Assembly (NCBI RefSeq): GCF_009914755.1
Contig: NC_060947.1
From: the human T2T-CHM13v2.0 reference genome, Homo sapiens
Strand: one strand, 5' to 3'
Length of the DNA: 64,000 bases
Both the position numbers and the translations under genes were made by a program. Positions 1 to 21,566 of this stretch are shown here, in pieces (within the stretch, counting starts at the first letter, position 1; each line of letters begins with the position of its first letter). The notes beneath the pieces were generated by a model. The model was not told where the DNA came from, did not search any database, and saw only the letters and a list, made by a program, of their open reading frames with translations.

Positions 1-750
<750 letters not shown>

Positions 751-1514
751 TAAGGTGTTCATTTAGGGCTGCAAATCTAGATTTTGTTAGTGAAAAGTTA
801 CCAAGGTCCCTGATTGGCCCAGCATGACAGGAATTATAGTCCGGAGCTCAAAGCAGAAACAAAAGCCAACAAAAGAATGCTGTTTTTTTCTAGTATTTGA
901 AAACCTTAGCTAACAGTTATATTAAGCTGGAAATACTTATGTCTTCTACTAAAAAGCCCTAGATTTAGAAAGCCTATGTTGTTCTCAGGGCATCATTGGT
1001 TGATGCTAATCCATATTTTCCCTCTTCTTTACTGTTGGGAAACTGACCAATTTTACTACATAAAAGGGGCAGATTCAAGTGGTTTGCAAGCTATTTAGAG
1101 TAACTTTTTGACAAGTGTAGGCTGCTTTAGCAAAAAGCTTGGGAAGGCTGGAGGCAGAGTCATTGGAGAAGTTTTAAACTCAATAAATCACAATACAATC
1201 TCACTAAAAACTCTGAATTATGGATTTCTGAGACTTGAGATTAATTTCCTCAAATGCAAGAAGTTAATAAGTGGCAGACCATGACAGAGTAGATCATGGC
1301 AGACCTCTTTTAATGTAATGACACAAATCTGTTTTTGTTTTTAGGATCTGCCCTTATTTTCAAATACAAATATCCCTCCCAATTTGTTGAACCATATTCC
1401 CCTTTTATCTGCCAGCCTTGGGCAGACTAAACCCCAGAGCCTCATATAAGAAGACTCTGACATGGGAAAAGACTCTCACTACATTGTTAACTCAAATAAA
1501 TACATGTAAAATAG

Positions 1515-1736
<222 letters not shown>

Positions 1737-1848
1737 TAGTAGAGACAGGGTTTCTCCATGTTGGTCAGACTGGTCTCGACCTCAGGTGATCCACCCGCCT
1801 TGGCCTCCCAAAGTGCTGGGATTACAGGCGTGAGCCACCAAGCCCAAC

Positions 1849-2680
<832 letters not shown>

Positions 2681-3848
2681 CTAGGTGACAGAGCAAGATC
2701 TTGTCTCAAGTAAACACACACACAAATAAATTAATTAAGTAAATAAATCAGAAGTGTTTGGGCTGGGGACGGTGGCTCACACCTGTAATCCCAGCACTTT
2801 GGGAGGCTGAGGCAGGTGGATCATGAGGTCAAGAGTTCAAGACCAGCCTGGCCAACATGGTGAAACCCTGTGTCTACTAAAAATACAAAAATTAGCTGAG
2901 TATGGTGGCGGGTGCCTGTAATCCCAGCTACTCAGCAGGCTGAGGCAGGAGAATCATTTGAACCCGGGAGACGGAGGTTGCAGTGAGCTGAGATCGTGCC
3001 ATTGCACCATTGCATTCCAGCCTGGGCAATAAGGCAAGACTCCATCACAAAAAAAAAAAAAAAAAAAAAAAAAAGAAGAAGAAGTGTTTGGCAGGCAAAA
3101 GCAAAAAAAAAATCTATTACTGCAGGTAAAGATATTTAAGAGCATGAAAAATTACATTCTTGAACCATTTCCTCCTCAATCTTTCTATCTTGAGTTTGAT
3201 TTTTTTTTTTGTTATGTACAATTCTATCTATTTTTGAAAGTAATACATACTTGCTAAAGGAAAATTTGAAGACTCAGAGAAACACAAAGAAAAGAAATTT
3301 TAAATACCTGTAATCTTACCAGGCAGACATAACCACTGTTGCCATTTTGGTATATGCCTTCACATTTTTTTTATATGTACATATGCAATAAAAGTATGCT
3401 ATTTTTGTAGTCTGCTGCTTTTACTTATCAATATGTCATAAATGCTGGGTTTTCTGAATCAATATCCCCCCAAAATGACTTTACACTATTAAAGTGCCTA
3501 ACAGCCTTTAATTTAGCCTGTATAAAAATTAGAAATGTTCTAATTAGGAGGAGCTAATTTAATATACCTTTTCTCTATCTGTTCTATTTTTGGGGGAAAA
3601 AAATAACAACAAAAAACAAAAAATATCTTGACTTTTTCTTCTCTTCGTTGAAGATCTTCCTGTGACCTTATTTGTGAAGCTATTCCAGCCAATGGAATTG
3701 GCTATTATATCATCCATATCAAGATGATTATGAATATCTGAGGTTAATATTTTATTAAATTTTTAACATTTTATCCAATAACTGATAAATAAAAGTAATG
3801 TTTCTGTTAACCAGAGTATATCTAACCTCATTTAAAATCTAACCCTGG

Positions 3849-4923
<1,075 letters not shown>

Positions 4924-5672
4924 AAAATCTAACCCTGGGCTGCGCACAATGGCTCACACCTATAATCCCAGAACTTTGGGAGGCTGAGGCAAAGTTTTGC
5001 CTCACTCGGCTGATCACTCGGCTAATTTTTTTTTCGAGACAGGATTTTACCATGTTGGGCAGACTGGTCTCCAACTCCTGACCTCAAGTCATCCGCCCAT
5101 CTTAGCCTCCCAAAGTGCTGGAATTACAGGCATGAGCCACTGTGCCCGACCAATTTTTTTGAATCTTTTCTTCCTTATGACACACAAAGTTGCTCAGCCC
5201 ATCTCTATTTTTTAAAATAAAAATAAAATCTACCTACGTTGGCAGAGGATTTGCTGTTGCTCTTTTGTTCTTGAACAGATCACTGAGGGACTCAAGAAGG
5301 TATGCCTATCCTTTCCAGAAAGTTTGCCACTCTTTAGAAGTCTGAGTCAAGCTCTAGGATTAGAACTCCACAACTTTATCCCTATCCTCACCTCCAAGCC
5401 CCTGATTAACTGATCTATGTTAGAAGAACATCTGGGCTTGTCTGTTGTTCATCTCCAAGACTCCTACCTCCTGTATTCACCTGCTAAACAGGAAGAATCT
5501 ATCACGTACCATGTTTTATAGTAGGTGCTATGCATGAATTCGAGAAAGCTGCTGATGTCTGTGTTTGGAAATCCTCAGGTTAATGATAAACCTTGAGTAT
5601 TTAATCTGTTGGTGTTTTTTTTGTTTTGTTTTGTTTTTTGTTGTTGTTGCTGTTGTTTGTTTTTTTCCGGTC

Positions 5673-6289
5673 TGTGGTGGGCCAAATAATAGCCTCCCAA
5701 AGATATCCCATCCTAACCCCTGGAGCCTATAAATATGTCACGTTCCATGGTAAAAACGGATTTTATAGGTGTGGTTAAGGTTATGGACTTTAAGATAAGG
5801 AACTCATCCTGAATTATCTGAATTGGCCCAATCTAATCACATGAGCTCGTAAAAGCAGAGAGCTTTCTCTGGCTGGAAGCAGAAGAAAGATATGGGCAGA
5901 AGTCAGAGAGATTTGAAGCATAAGAGGGACTTGACCTGCCATTGCTAGAGAGAGCCACATGGAAAGCATGAAAAGGAATGCAGGCAGCCTCTAGCAGCAA
6001 AGACCAGCTCCTGACTGACAGCCAGCAAGGAAATGGGGATCTTAGCCCTTAAATCACAAGAAACTAAATTCAGCCAACAGTCCAAATGAGATTGAAAGTG
6101 GATTATTTCCCAGAACCTCCAGAAAGGCTCTGCCAAAACCTTGCTTTTGGCATTGTGAGACCCTAAGGTGAAGACCCGGTTGAACCATGCTATTCCCAGA
6201 TTTTTGACCTACAGAGCTGTAATAAATGGATGTTGTTTTAAGCCACTAAATTTGTGGTATTCTGTTATGGCTGCCGAAACTAACGTGCA
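5673..6289 (+). mobile_element. MaLR solo LTR (MLT1D/E-like)
   Basis: Starts TGTGGTGGGCCAAATAATAGCCTCCCAAAGAT; internal GCAGCCTCTAG...GACAGCCAGCAAGGAAATGGGG; ends TGTTGTTTTAAGCCACTAAATTTGTGGTA..TGTTATGGC. Confidence 0.8.
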
Positions 6290-6501
6290 GCCTGTAATTA
6301 AAATCTACCCTTTTCTCAAAATCTACCCTTGAGAAATAAGGTCCATTTTAAAACTTAATTATTAGGTTAAAAATAGAGCTCTCGGTCTGCACGGTGGCTC
6401 ACGCCTGTAATCCCAGCACTTTGGGAGGTTGAGGCAGGCAGATCACAAGGTCAGGAGTTCAAGACCAGCATGACCAACATGGTGAAACCCAGTCTCTACT
6501 A

Positions 6502-6729
<228 letters not shown>

Positions 6730-6890
6730 TCATTATGATTTGTTCAGAAAACTCCAAAACAAAATAATGATTGCATTACTAGAAACCAACTAAACTGGGG
6801 CGCAACACTATATAAATTCCCTACTTACTTCTAGGATCATTCCTTTAGAGGATTGCAGATGTTTTGCATTTAACATTTATCATAATTTAA

Positions 6891-7481
<591 letters not shown>

Positions 7482-8576
7482 TCAAGTACTCTATATACTG
7501 TCTATTGTTATCTTTGTGTGTGAAAGGGGATGAGAATATGTAAGGCTACTTCAAAATGATATTGATACATCATTCTGAAACACAGAGAAGCTTAAGATTC
7601 CAATCTCATTATTGCAAGGTGGCAGTTTTCCTCTTCCCCATTCCAACAAAGTCAGAGCCTATTGAAATGCAATCCAAGCCAGACAGAAATTAAGAGACAG
7701 AGTTAAGAAGGGTTCCCAGAAACAAGAAGAAGCCAGTTTGCAGGCAGCCAATTTCAGAGGTCAATACATTGACTGTGTCTATCTTTTCAGATCATCATAT
7801 TCTGCTTCAGGCTTTGATGTGGTCAGAGAAAAGAAGCCACAAAGAAATACATCAGGGGAGCCCTAATGATGTGCAACGTGGGCTGTGGGTGGCCCAAACC
7901 CACAGCGATGCTTCCTTGTTATTACTAATAATTGCTTAGCATCATTGGATGGTTGCCTGATGTGTGCGAGATCATTTGAGGAATAAAAATGTTTTGAACA
8001 CTGACATAGAGCAAATTTTTCTGATCTGTGTTATTTTTATGATGTTCCTTGTATGCACATTGTGACCAAACTCATGTTTGCTTTGGTTTTTGAGATTTCT
8101 CAGGTAGGCATTAAGGAAGATGCATTCAATTATTTGAAATGTTTATTGAAAAATACAAATGCCTTGATATGCCCTGTTCCAGGAGCCACATTGGAAAAAT
8201 CCTATAAAATATAATTAAAATTGATACAGAACTGTATTTATACAGTCTACAATTCCAGGTATTTCCAGTGAGGGTAAGACTAGACACAAAGTTGGAACAT
8301 ATTAAATAGATTGTTTATTTAAAGTGTTAGGATGGATGATCATATAACACAATTCCATGTGAGACAAACACAATCCTATTAAGATTATGCATGCAACAGC
8401 CAAATCTGAAATAATCAGATTTCTTAAATTTATTTGAAATAGAATTACCATTATTGTTTTTGTATCACATTTATAATTTTGCACTACTTTTAATCTCTAC
8501 TATTGCCTTTAGCCATTGTAATATTAGTAAGTAGCAGCTTCAAAAAACATATTGCATTAAAAAGGAAAAATGATAA

Positions 8577-8909
<333 letters not shown>

Positions 8910-9498
8910 GGTTACCTCCTTAACCAAGTAATTCAAGGTAGCATCATCAATAATGGGACAAGCTGCCTCCTGATATGCACTGAGAATAACACAACATTGC
9001 TTCTCTGGTGTTCTCCGCCAAGTATACACAATATAAGCATGACTATAGTCCCAGCTACTTATGAGGCTGAGGTGGAAGAACGGCTGAAGCCCAGAAAATC
9101 AAGGCTGCAGTAAGCCACTGGACCCCACTCTGGACAACATAGCAAGACCCCATCTCTAAAAGAAAAGAAATACACAAACCTAAATTGAGGGATATTCTAC
9201 TAAACAACTATTATTATAGTACTATTTTTAAATGTCAATGTCATGATAGACAGAAAGTGAAAAAATTGTTTCAGACTTTAAAAGTTTAGAGAAGATCTGA
9301 CTGCTAAATGTGGGATATGATCCTAGATTGGATTCTAGATCAAGGGAGAAAAAGTTGCTATGAAGAACATTATCGGGGGCCGAACGCAGTGGCTCACGCC
9401 TGTAATCCCAGCACTTTGGGAAGCTGAGGTGGGCGGATCACCTGAGGTCAGGAGTTCAAGATCAGCCTTACCAACATGGAGAAACCCCGTCTCTACTA

Positions 9499-9657
<159 letters not shown>

Positions 9658-11104
9658 TCAAAACAAAACAAAAAAGAGAACATTATCAGGATAACTGGCA
9701 AAATTTCAGTATGTACTATGTACTACATCACAGTATTGTAGCAATATTACATTTTCTGAATTTGATTATTTTGCTATGTTTATGAAAGAGAATGTCCCTG
9801 TTCTTTAAAAAAATACACTTTTAAGTTTTGAGAAGGAAAAGGGGCATGAACTCTGTGACTACTCTCGAATGGTTTACAAAACTAATAATAATAATGACAA
9901 AACAATAATATGTATATGCGTATATATAGAGAGAGGAAAAAAATGTGTTGCAAAATGCTAACAACTGGTAAATCTAGGTGAAAGATATACCCAAGATCTT
10001 TGTATTAATTTTTCTAAATGAAATCCATCCATAAATTTAAATTATTTCCAAGTAAAAAGTTAAAATGAAATGAAATAAAAGATAAACCTAAGAAACATGG
10101 CAATTATGACAATCCTGAGACGCCAACTATACACCTTGCTCAAAAATAGGTAAATCTTAATTCAACTCAATTAAACTGCATAAGCTTTTCGGTTAAATTT
10201 GTGCATAAATATTTTACCCCAAGTTAATACTGATTCCTTATCAATGTCCTCTTTGCTTTCTCACCAACAAATATTATTCAAGGGGATGTTGCTGGAAGGA
10301 AAGACCACATTGAGCTGAACTATTGACCTTCTGAGAGATTTGCACTTCCTCAAAGCAACACAGCAGGATTGAAACAAGCAGACAGGATTACAAGCTGTTT
10401 ACACCACAATTTCAGTGCCACTCTTAAGCGGAATTGACCTAGAAACAAGATGTATTCATGGAGACTTCTACCTGCCAACTCCCCAGAAACTACCTCATAC
10501 CAAACTTTTCATTAAGGAACAGGTAACTCAACACTCTTTTTCCACTACTGTTATTGCTATTGCTCGAAATATAACAATGTTAGCACTATAAAATTAAATT
10601 CTGCTTATTTAGATAAGGCAAAAGGTAATGCCATTTCATTTTAAACAATTCTGCTTTTAATAGTACATTTTAAAATAGTTTCTTCCTTAAAAAGGAAAAT
10701 ACAATGTGTACATTTATACAATCGCAAATAGAATTTTCTATTACAGAATTCATATCTCAATTGTTGTCAATGAATGAGCACAGTCTATATAGCATATTTT
10801 AAGTTGGCAAATAGAATGTGCCAGAGAAATATATTACACCTTAAGACTTTAATTTCCCTCAACCTATTTATGACAGATACAGCTAGCCAATAAAAGAAAA
10901 GGAATGAAAATATAGAAAAGAATCCTATGCCTTCTCACTGCCCAGTCCTCACACTCATGATTCTCCCGGGGATGAGTTATAATTGCCTCCAGGGAGGGAG
11001 AAAAAAGAGACATGAAATCCGGCTCTGATAGTGTAAGAGATTGCTAATCACCAAGACAACAGTAATCACAGGACTAAACTACAAAATCCAGGGACCACAA
11101 GCAA

Positions 11105-11115
11105 ATGAGTCAGCA
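11105..11115 (+). promoter_or_regulatory. Perfect CNC-sMaf (NRF2/NF-E2/BACH1) ARE with embedded AP-1 site
   Basis: ATGAGTCAGCA matches RTGASTCAGCA and lies in a ~1.2-kb stretch with no repeat I recognise; motif match only. Confidence 0.35.
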
Positions 11116-11427
11116 GCAATTATTTAACAGCCTAAAAATCAGCTTCATGGGGGAAAATGCATTAGGGTCCCATGAGCCTAAAGGGAATGGGGCTTTCTTT
11201 AAAGCATTTTTTCAAACACTTTAAAAAGAAAGGAGGCACTCCTTTGCAAAGTCTTTACTACTTTAGAAATCATGTTAAAGATCCAGCACCAACGTTATGT
11301 TTTGTATCAATTTTTTATTCAGCAGTATATTATTTTGTGAAATTTCAAACTTTCAGAATACCACAATGAATACCCGTATATCCTTTACCAAGATTCGCCA
11401 AACGCAGCACATTTACTCTCTCCCCTC

Positions 11428-12234
<807 letters not shown>

Positions 12235-12439
12235 TAATTTTTGTATTTTTAGTAGAGATAGGGTTTCACCATGTTGGTCAGGCTGGTCTCGAACTCCTGA
12301 CCTCAGGTGACTCACCCGCCTGGGCCTCCCAAAGGCCTGGAATTACAGGCGTGAGCCACTGCACCTGGCCCACATTTGCAAACTTTAACATTGGTACAGT
12401 ACTGTTGTTTAATATACAGTCTATATTTAAATTTACTGA

Positions 12440-12823
<384 letters not shown>

Positions 12824-13106
12824 TAAGGTAATCCGCCCACCTCGGCCTCCCAAAGTGCTGGGATTACAGGCGCGAGTCACCTCGCCGGCCTCTAATTTAT
12901 TTTTTGGACTTTCATAGCATGGATTTTTTTTTTTTTTTTCAGATGCAGTTTCTCTCTTGTCGCCCAGGCTGGAGTGCAATGGAAGGATCTTGACTCACTG
13001 CACTTCCACCTCCCGGGTTCAAGCAATTCTCCTGCCTCAGCCTCCCGTGTAGCTGGGATTACAGGTGTCTGCCACCATGCCCAGTTAATTTTTGTATTTT
13101 TATTAG

Positions 13107-13226
<120 letters not shown>

Positions 13227-13572
13227 TGATGTTTTTGAAAGGCTCCAGGCCTGTTGTTTGGTAGCTTTGGCATACAGTTTTTTGGGGAAAAACTAAGCCC
13301 CATAGTAAATTTAAAATGGAATGGAATGGTAACTTTTTAGTTGTATTCAATGCCCAGCTTTAGCTGTGACTTGTAACAAGTTTCTTAATCTTCTCTGAGA
13401 CTCAGTTATCTGATATGTTAAATGGGAATAATGATTCCTATTTTACAAGGCAGATCAAAGGATTATAAATTGATGCAATCTTTCAGAAAGCAATTTGATA
13501 GCCTGTATCAAGAATCTTAAACATGCCTTTATTCATGGATCTAGTAATTCGGCTTCTAGTGATTTATCCTTA

Positions 13573-13836
<264 letters not shown>

Positions 13837-14727
13837 TCAGAGATACAAAAATGTTTAGGCAGTGATAGTCATTATCATGAGTGTCAGGATAGTAGTTGGG
13901 TGAACTGTGCTACATCTTCCATCTCCTCCCTTATCAGACTTGGGCTCCTTGCCCTCAATACTCATTGTTAACACTTAAAGGCTACCTCGTGTCCTGCACT
14001 GTGCTGATTTACAGACTGTTATGGCAAGCTTGAAAATCATGCCTTGAGCTGGGTACGGTGGCTCACACCTGTAATCCCAGCACTTTAGGAGGCCAAGGCG
14101 GGTGGATCACCTGAGGTCAGGAGTCCGAGACCAGCCTGGCCAACACGGTAAAAACCCCGTCTCTACTAAAAATACAAAAAATTAGCCGGGCTAACGGAGG
14201 AGAATCGCTTGAACCTGACAAGCTGAAGTTGCAGTGAGCTGAGATCGTGACACTGCACTCCAGCCTGGGCAACAGAGCAAGACTCCATCTCAAAAAAAAA
14301 AGTCATGCCTTGGAGGAGCATTCAGTAACAAGAAACAAAAATAGGGTTTCATGAGGAGGTCTGTGTGTACCATGAGAACCCTACTTTGTTTTATGTTACA
14401 GAATTATGTTTAGATAAGAACCTAGAAAGAAATAGAATACAGTTTTACCCTGGGTGGTGCAATTTGGGGCAAATTTTGTTTAGAATGACAAAAACAGGAA
14501 ACTCTGCATCAAAATTTTGAGTCAGTATGTGCCAAACCCTGTGCTTGCAACAAATGATTTGGAACAAGTCAATTCCATTTGACTTTCCAACCATATTCCA
14601 CAGTCCACTCATCAATTGGATTCATGGTCCACTCAGTTCCACTCATGGTTGACTGGCAATACCTGATCTTATGGCCACTCGTAGATAAAAGCAGAACTTG
14701 GAAACGTAATCCCTGATGGTCCAGCTA

Positions 14728-15510
<783 letters not shown>

Positions 15511-15698
15511 AAAATAAAGAGAGAGAGAGAGATTTAATGGATAGCTAGCTATCTCTGTCACATCACAAAGTCTATTTTGGGGCCAGGCACAGTGACTCAC
15601 ACCTGTAATCCCAGCACATTGGGAGGCCGAGGTGGGCAGATAGCTTGAGGTCAGGAGTTTGAAACCAGCTTGGCCAACATGGTGAAATCCCGTCTCTA

Positions 15699-16334
<636 letters not shown>

Positions 16335-16648
16335 TAAAGTGTTGGGATTACAGGCGTGAGCCACTGCGCCAGGCCCTTGTCTGATATTAATACAACTACT
16401 CACATTTCTTTTGGTTACTGTATGGTACTAAAATATCCTTTCTTAACCTTTTATTTTCAATCATTCTGAGGTATTGTACATACAGGTAAACAGCACAAAC
16501 CTGGATTTTACTTTATTTCTATTCTTTTTTTTTTTTTTTTTTGAGACAGAGTCTTCACTCTAACCCCAGCCTGGAGTGCAGCGCAATCTTGGCTCACTGC
16601 AACCTTGGCCTCCCGGGTTCAAGTGATTCTCATGCCTCAGCCTCCTGA

Positions 16649-16858
<210 letters not shown>

Positions 16859-17142
16859 TAAAGATATTTCCAGATAAGGAAAAATTGAGAATTTTCTATC
16901 GTATGTTCTTCAGGAAGAATGATTCCATAATGAAGGTCTGAGATATAAGAATAACGGCAAACAAGTAAACTGGGAAAAATGGGGTGGGGGAATTTAAACA
17001 CATATGAACTCTATCAGTAAATAATAATAGTGTTCAATTTAGGTAGTAAAAATTAAGATAAGGCCAGGTACTGTGGCTCAGGCCTGTAATCCCAGCACTT
17101 TGGGAGGCCGAGGCGGGCAGATCACCTGAGGTCAGGAGTTCA

Positions 17143-17423
<281 letters not shown>

Positions 17424-17664
17424 TCACGAGGTCAGGCATTGGAGACCAGCCTGGTCAACATAGTGAAACCCCGTCTCTACTAAAAATACAAAAAATTAGC
17501 TGGGCATGGTGGTGGGCACCTGTAATCCCAGCTACTTAGGAGGCTGAGGCAGGAGAATCACTTGAACCCAGAAGGCAGAGGTTGCAATGAGCCAAGATCA
17601 ATCGAGCCACTTCACTCCAGCCTGGCGACAGTGCAAGACTCCATCTCAAAAAAAAAAAAAGAGA

Positions 17665-18232
<568 letters not shown>

Positions 18233-18699
18233 TGAAGGCAGGCTAACAGCCAGCTCTAAATTTTCAGGGAAGACTTTTTTCACCACTTAAAGGGGGAATT
18301 GAGACAAACAAGACTTGTTTTCTCCCCTTGCTGCAAGCAGACTCTTTTTCTGGCCTACTATTTCACTAGGCTGTAGTTCTTAGACAGTCCTGACTTCATG
18401 TGAAGCTGCAGTTCCAACAACCCTCACCCCCTTGTGTGGGCCCAGAGCCCTGTGTGCTGTGCTGGATCCCTGTACAGACACTGAAAAACAGAGTTCTGCA
18501 TTTCTTACAGCAGCAACTACAAGTGGTTTTGGAGCTTACCTATCACTTTGGTTTCTATTTTATGTTCCTTTTTGGCTCCTGGAGATTTGCTTTCTTGGAG
18601 TTGTATTTTATCCATGATTTCTAAGTGCCTTGTTATGGAAAGGTTTATTGCACTATTCAATCTTTCATATTATTTGAAGTAGAAAACCCAAGGTCTTTT

Positions 18700-18870
18700 C
18701 ATCTTTACAACAACTGTACAAATTAAGTACTATTATTCCCATTGTATTATTGCAGAAATTGAGGCTCAGGCAAGATAAAGGTCACATGGTTCCATCAAGT
18801 AGTAGAGCCTGAATGTGAACCCAGTACTATCTGGCACCAAAATTTATGGTTTTTTAAACACTAAGCTATA
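18700..18870 (-). mobile_element. MIR fragment
   Basis: TATTATTCCCATT...GAAATTGAGGCTCAG...AAGGTCACA...GTAGAGCCTGAATGTGAACCCAG core. Confidence 0.65.
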
Positions 18871-19374
18871 TTGTCTCTTACTATACTCTGATTTTTTTTG
18901 TGTATTTTTTTCTTTTAGAAAATGTTAATTTTATCTATCATCAGAAAAAAATAAAATAGCTTTTAAAGGTACTATAAGTTGAAAAATATATCCCTTGGTT
19001 ATAAAATGTATTTATTTATTAAACCTGATAAGCTCTGCTATCAAAGCCCTATAGCTAGGTCAAGGTCATCCATTGTATCTGTCAAGTACCATGTGGGATG
19101 AACAGAATATTTTCCTATACATAAATAATAAACAATACCTGAGCCAAGGTATTATATTTTCCTTTTTCCTCTACTTTGTTGTGTTTACCTTTTCCCTATG
19201 ATCCTGTCATTTTTCTCCACCACTCTCTCCCCAGGCTGCTACTAGCTCTAAATAGTAGTAATAAATATGATTGGGTTCCTGCTACACTTTTGGCAAGCAG
19301 GATAGTCTTCTTGGATACAGTGGATATAGGCCTTATCTGTCTGGGTTGTTGAGTAGAAAAGCATGCTGGAGGAC

Positions 19375-19435
19375 ATGTAAACCTTAATGAAGTCTAAATA
19401 GATTACACCTATTGCTTCTCCAGGATCAGCATGAC
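19375..19435 (-). mobile_element. Probable CR1/L3 reverse-transcriptase relic
   Basis: Minus-strand translation DPGEAIGVIYLDFIK resembles the CR1-clade RT motif D.G..vDvIYLDFsKAFD. Confidence 0.5.
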
Positions 19436-20799
19436 ATGGCACTCATAATAGAAAACAGAGTAAGACTGGAACACTGGCTCACCATGGGATCATAATGCTA
19501 GCCACACACTAATTTTTGCTTTATTAAGTGCTGGAAAATTTATTGATTCATAATTTGTTCTGATGTTTTCCCAAGTATCTAGATATCTATAATTACTTGA
19601 ATTATTCTTTTTTTCTTTTTTAATATGCACACACAGACACACATGGGCACGTACAAGCAATTTGTCATTTCCCAGGCTGTAGGGTTCCTCCTGGGCTCTC
19701 AAAAATAAGCTCTGAAGTCTCTAATGAAATTCACCAAAGCCGCCGGGCACCGTGGCTCACGCCTGTAATCCCAACACTTTGGGAGGCCGAGGCAGGTGGA
19801 TCACGAGGTCAGGAGTTCACACCAGCCTGGCCAATATGGTGAAACCCTGTCTCTACTAAAAATACAAAAAAAATTAGCCGGGCAAGATGGTTGCACCTGT
19901 AGTCCCAGCTACTTGGGAGGCTGAGGCAGAAGAATCGCTTGAACCCAGGAGGCAGAGGTTGCAGTAGCCGAGACTGCACCACTGCACTCCAGCCTCGGCA
20001 AAAGAGCTCAAAAAAAAAAAAAAAAAAAAAAAAGAAAAGAAAAAGAAAAAAAGAAATTCACCAAAACCTTAAGTTCCCTGAGATGTATATAATGAAATCT
20101 TGCTAATTTTGTTTTGTGTTGAATCCTCACTGTAAGTCAGATTATTTCTGTAAAGAATTTGTAAAAGTAAATTTATCTAAGAATCTGTCCAAGTACCTTT
20201 AGTCCAGAAGATACTCATTCTTTCATTCGTGTATACATGTCTGCATTCATTAATTTCACACGTATTTGTTGAGTGCCTACTGTATGTAAGGCCCTGTTTT
20301 AGTTGCTGGGGACGTAATGGTAATCTTTTTAGATGTGGTCTCTGCACTCATGGAGTAAATGATCTAATGTAGCAGTTAAATAAAGAAATAAATGAACCAT
20401 TTCAGATGGTTATAAATTACATAAAGTATTTAAAAGAGGTGATAAATACAGAGTGATTGGGTTGGGGATGGGGTGCTACCTTAGATAGAGTTTTTCAGGA
20501 AAGTTGGCTAAGAAAGATTTCAGAATCTGGGCCATCACTCTTTTTTGATTCTCTTTATATGCCACTGACTGCTTCTTCTCAATCTTCTATGATGATTTTT
20601 ATCTTTTCAACATCCAAATATTGGAGTGCCCCAGGGCTCATCTCTGGACTTCTTTTTGATCTTCACTCACTCCCTAGATGATCTCATTAAGTCCCTTGAT
20701 TTGAAATAACTCCTGTACTTTATCCTTAAATGGGCAAAGTATGTATAGAACAGTAACACTTTTCTAAGAAATGGATATGGTAGAATACAAATATATATA

Positions 20800-21312
20800 G
20801 TCAAGAACAGTGAAGGGTCTGAGATTTTATCCTACTTGCAATCTAACAAGTTAGCCTGCCATGGTTTTATGGGATTCTGGCAGAAGACACAAGATTCTTG
20901 GGTCAGAGACAAAGGCATTTATTATTCACAGCAACAGCAGTAGTCAGAGTATCAATATTTCAGCCTGCTCTCCAAGCCGCAATTCCTAAAGGCTGACATG
21001 AAGAGGATCAGGTGAGGCCTGCATATGCAGTGGGATGCATTGCAGGAAAGAAACCTTGAGCTTAGAAAGTCTGAATACATCTCTACCCCAATAACCTATG
21101 AAAAGAAAGAAAAAAAAGAAAATCTGAATCTTTTATAATGAACAGTAAGCATGTCTGCCTTACATTGCAAAGGAAGCCACTATCTCTATGTACCAGGGCT
21201 GTTAGCTTACACAGACATCCCTAAAATGATAGTCCAGAACAAAAGCAGTCAGTGACTCTGTTCAAAAGATATGAAGAAATGTGAGAGGACCACAGAAAAT
21301 TGTCTCTCAACC
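20800..21312 (-). mobile_element. Solo LTR, LTR47-like
   Basis: GTCAAGAACAGTGAAGGGTCTGAGATTTTATCCTACTTGCAA at one end and GAAATGTGAGAGGACCACAGAAAATTGTCTCTCAAC at the other; TTTATT (minus-strand polyA signal) near 20918. Confidence 0.65.
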
Positions 21313-21362
21313 TGTATTTGCTTATATTTTCTAAATGGAAGGATAAGCAAAAACATTTTTAA

Positions 21363-21566
<204 letters not shown>

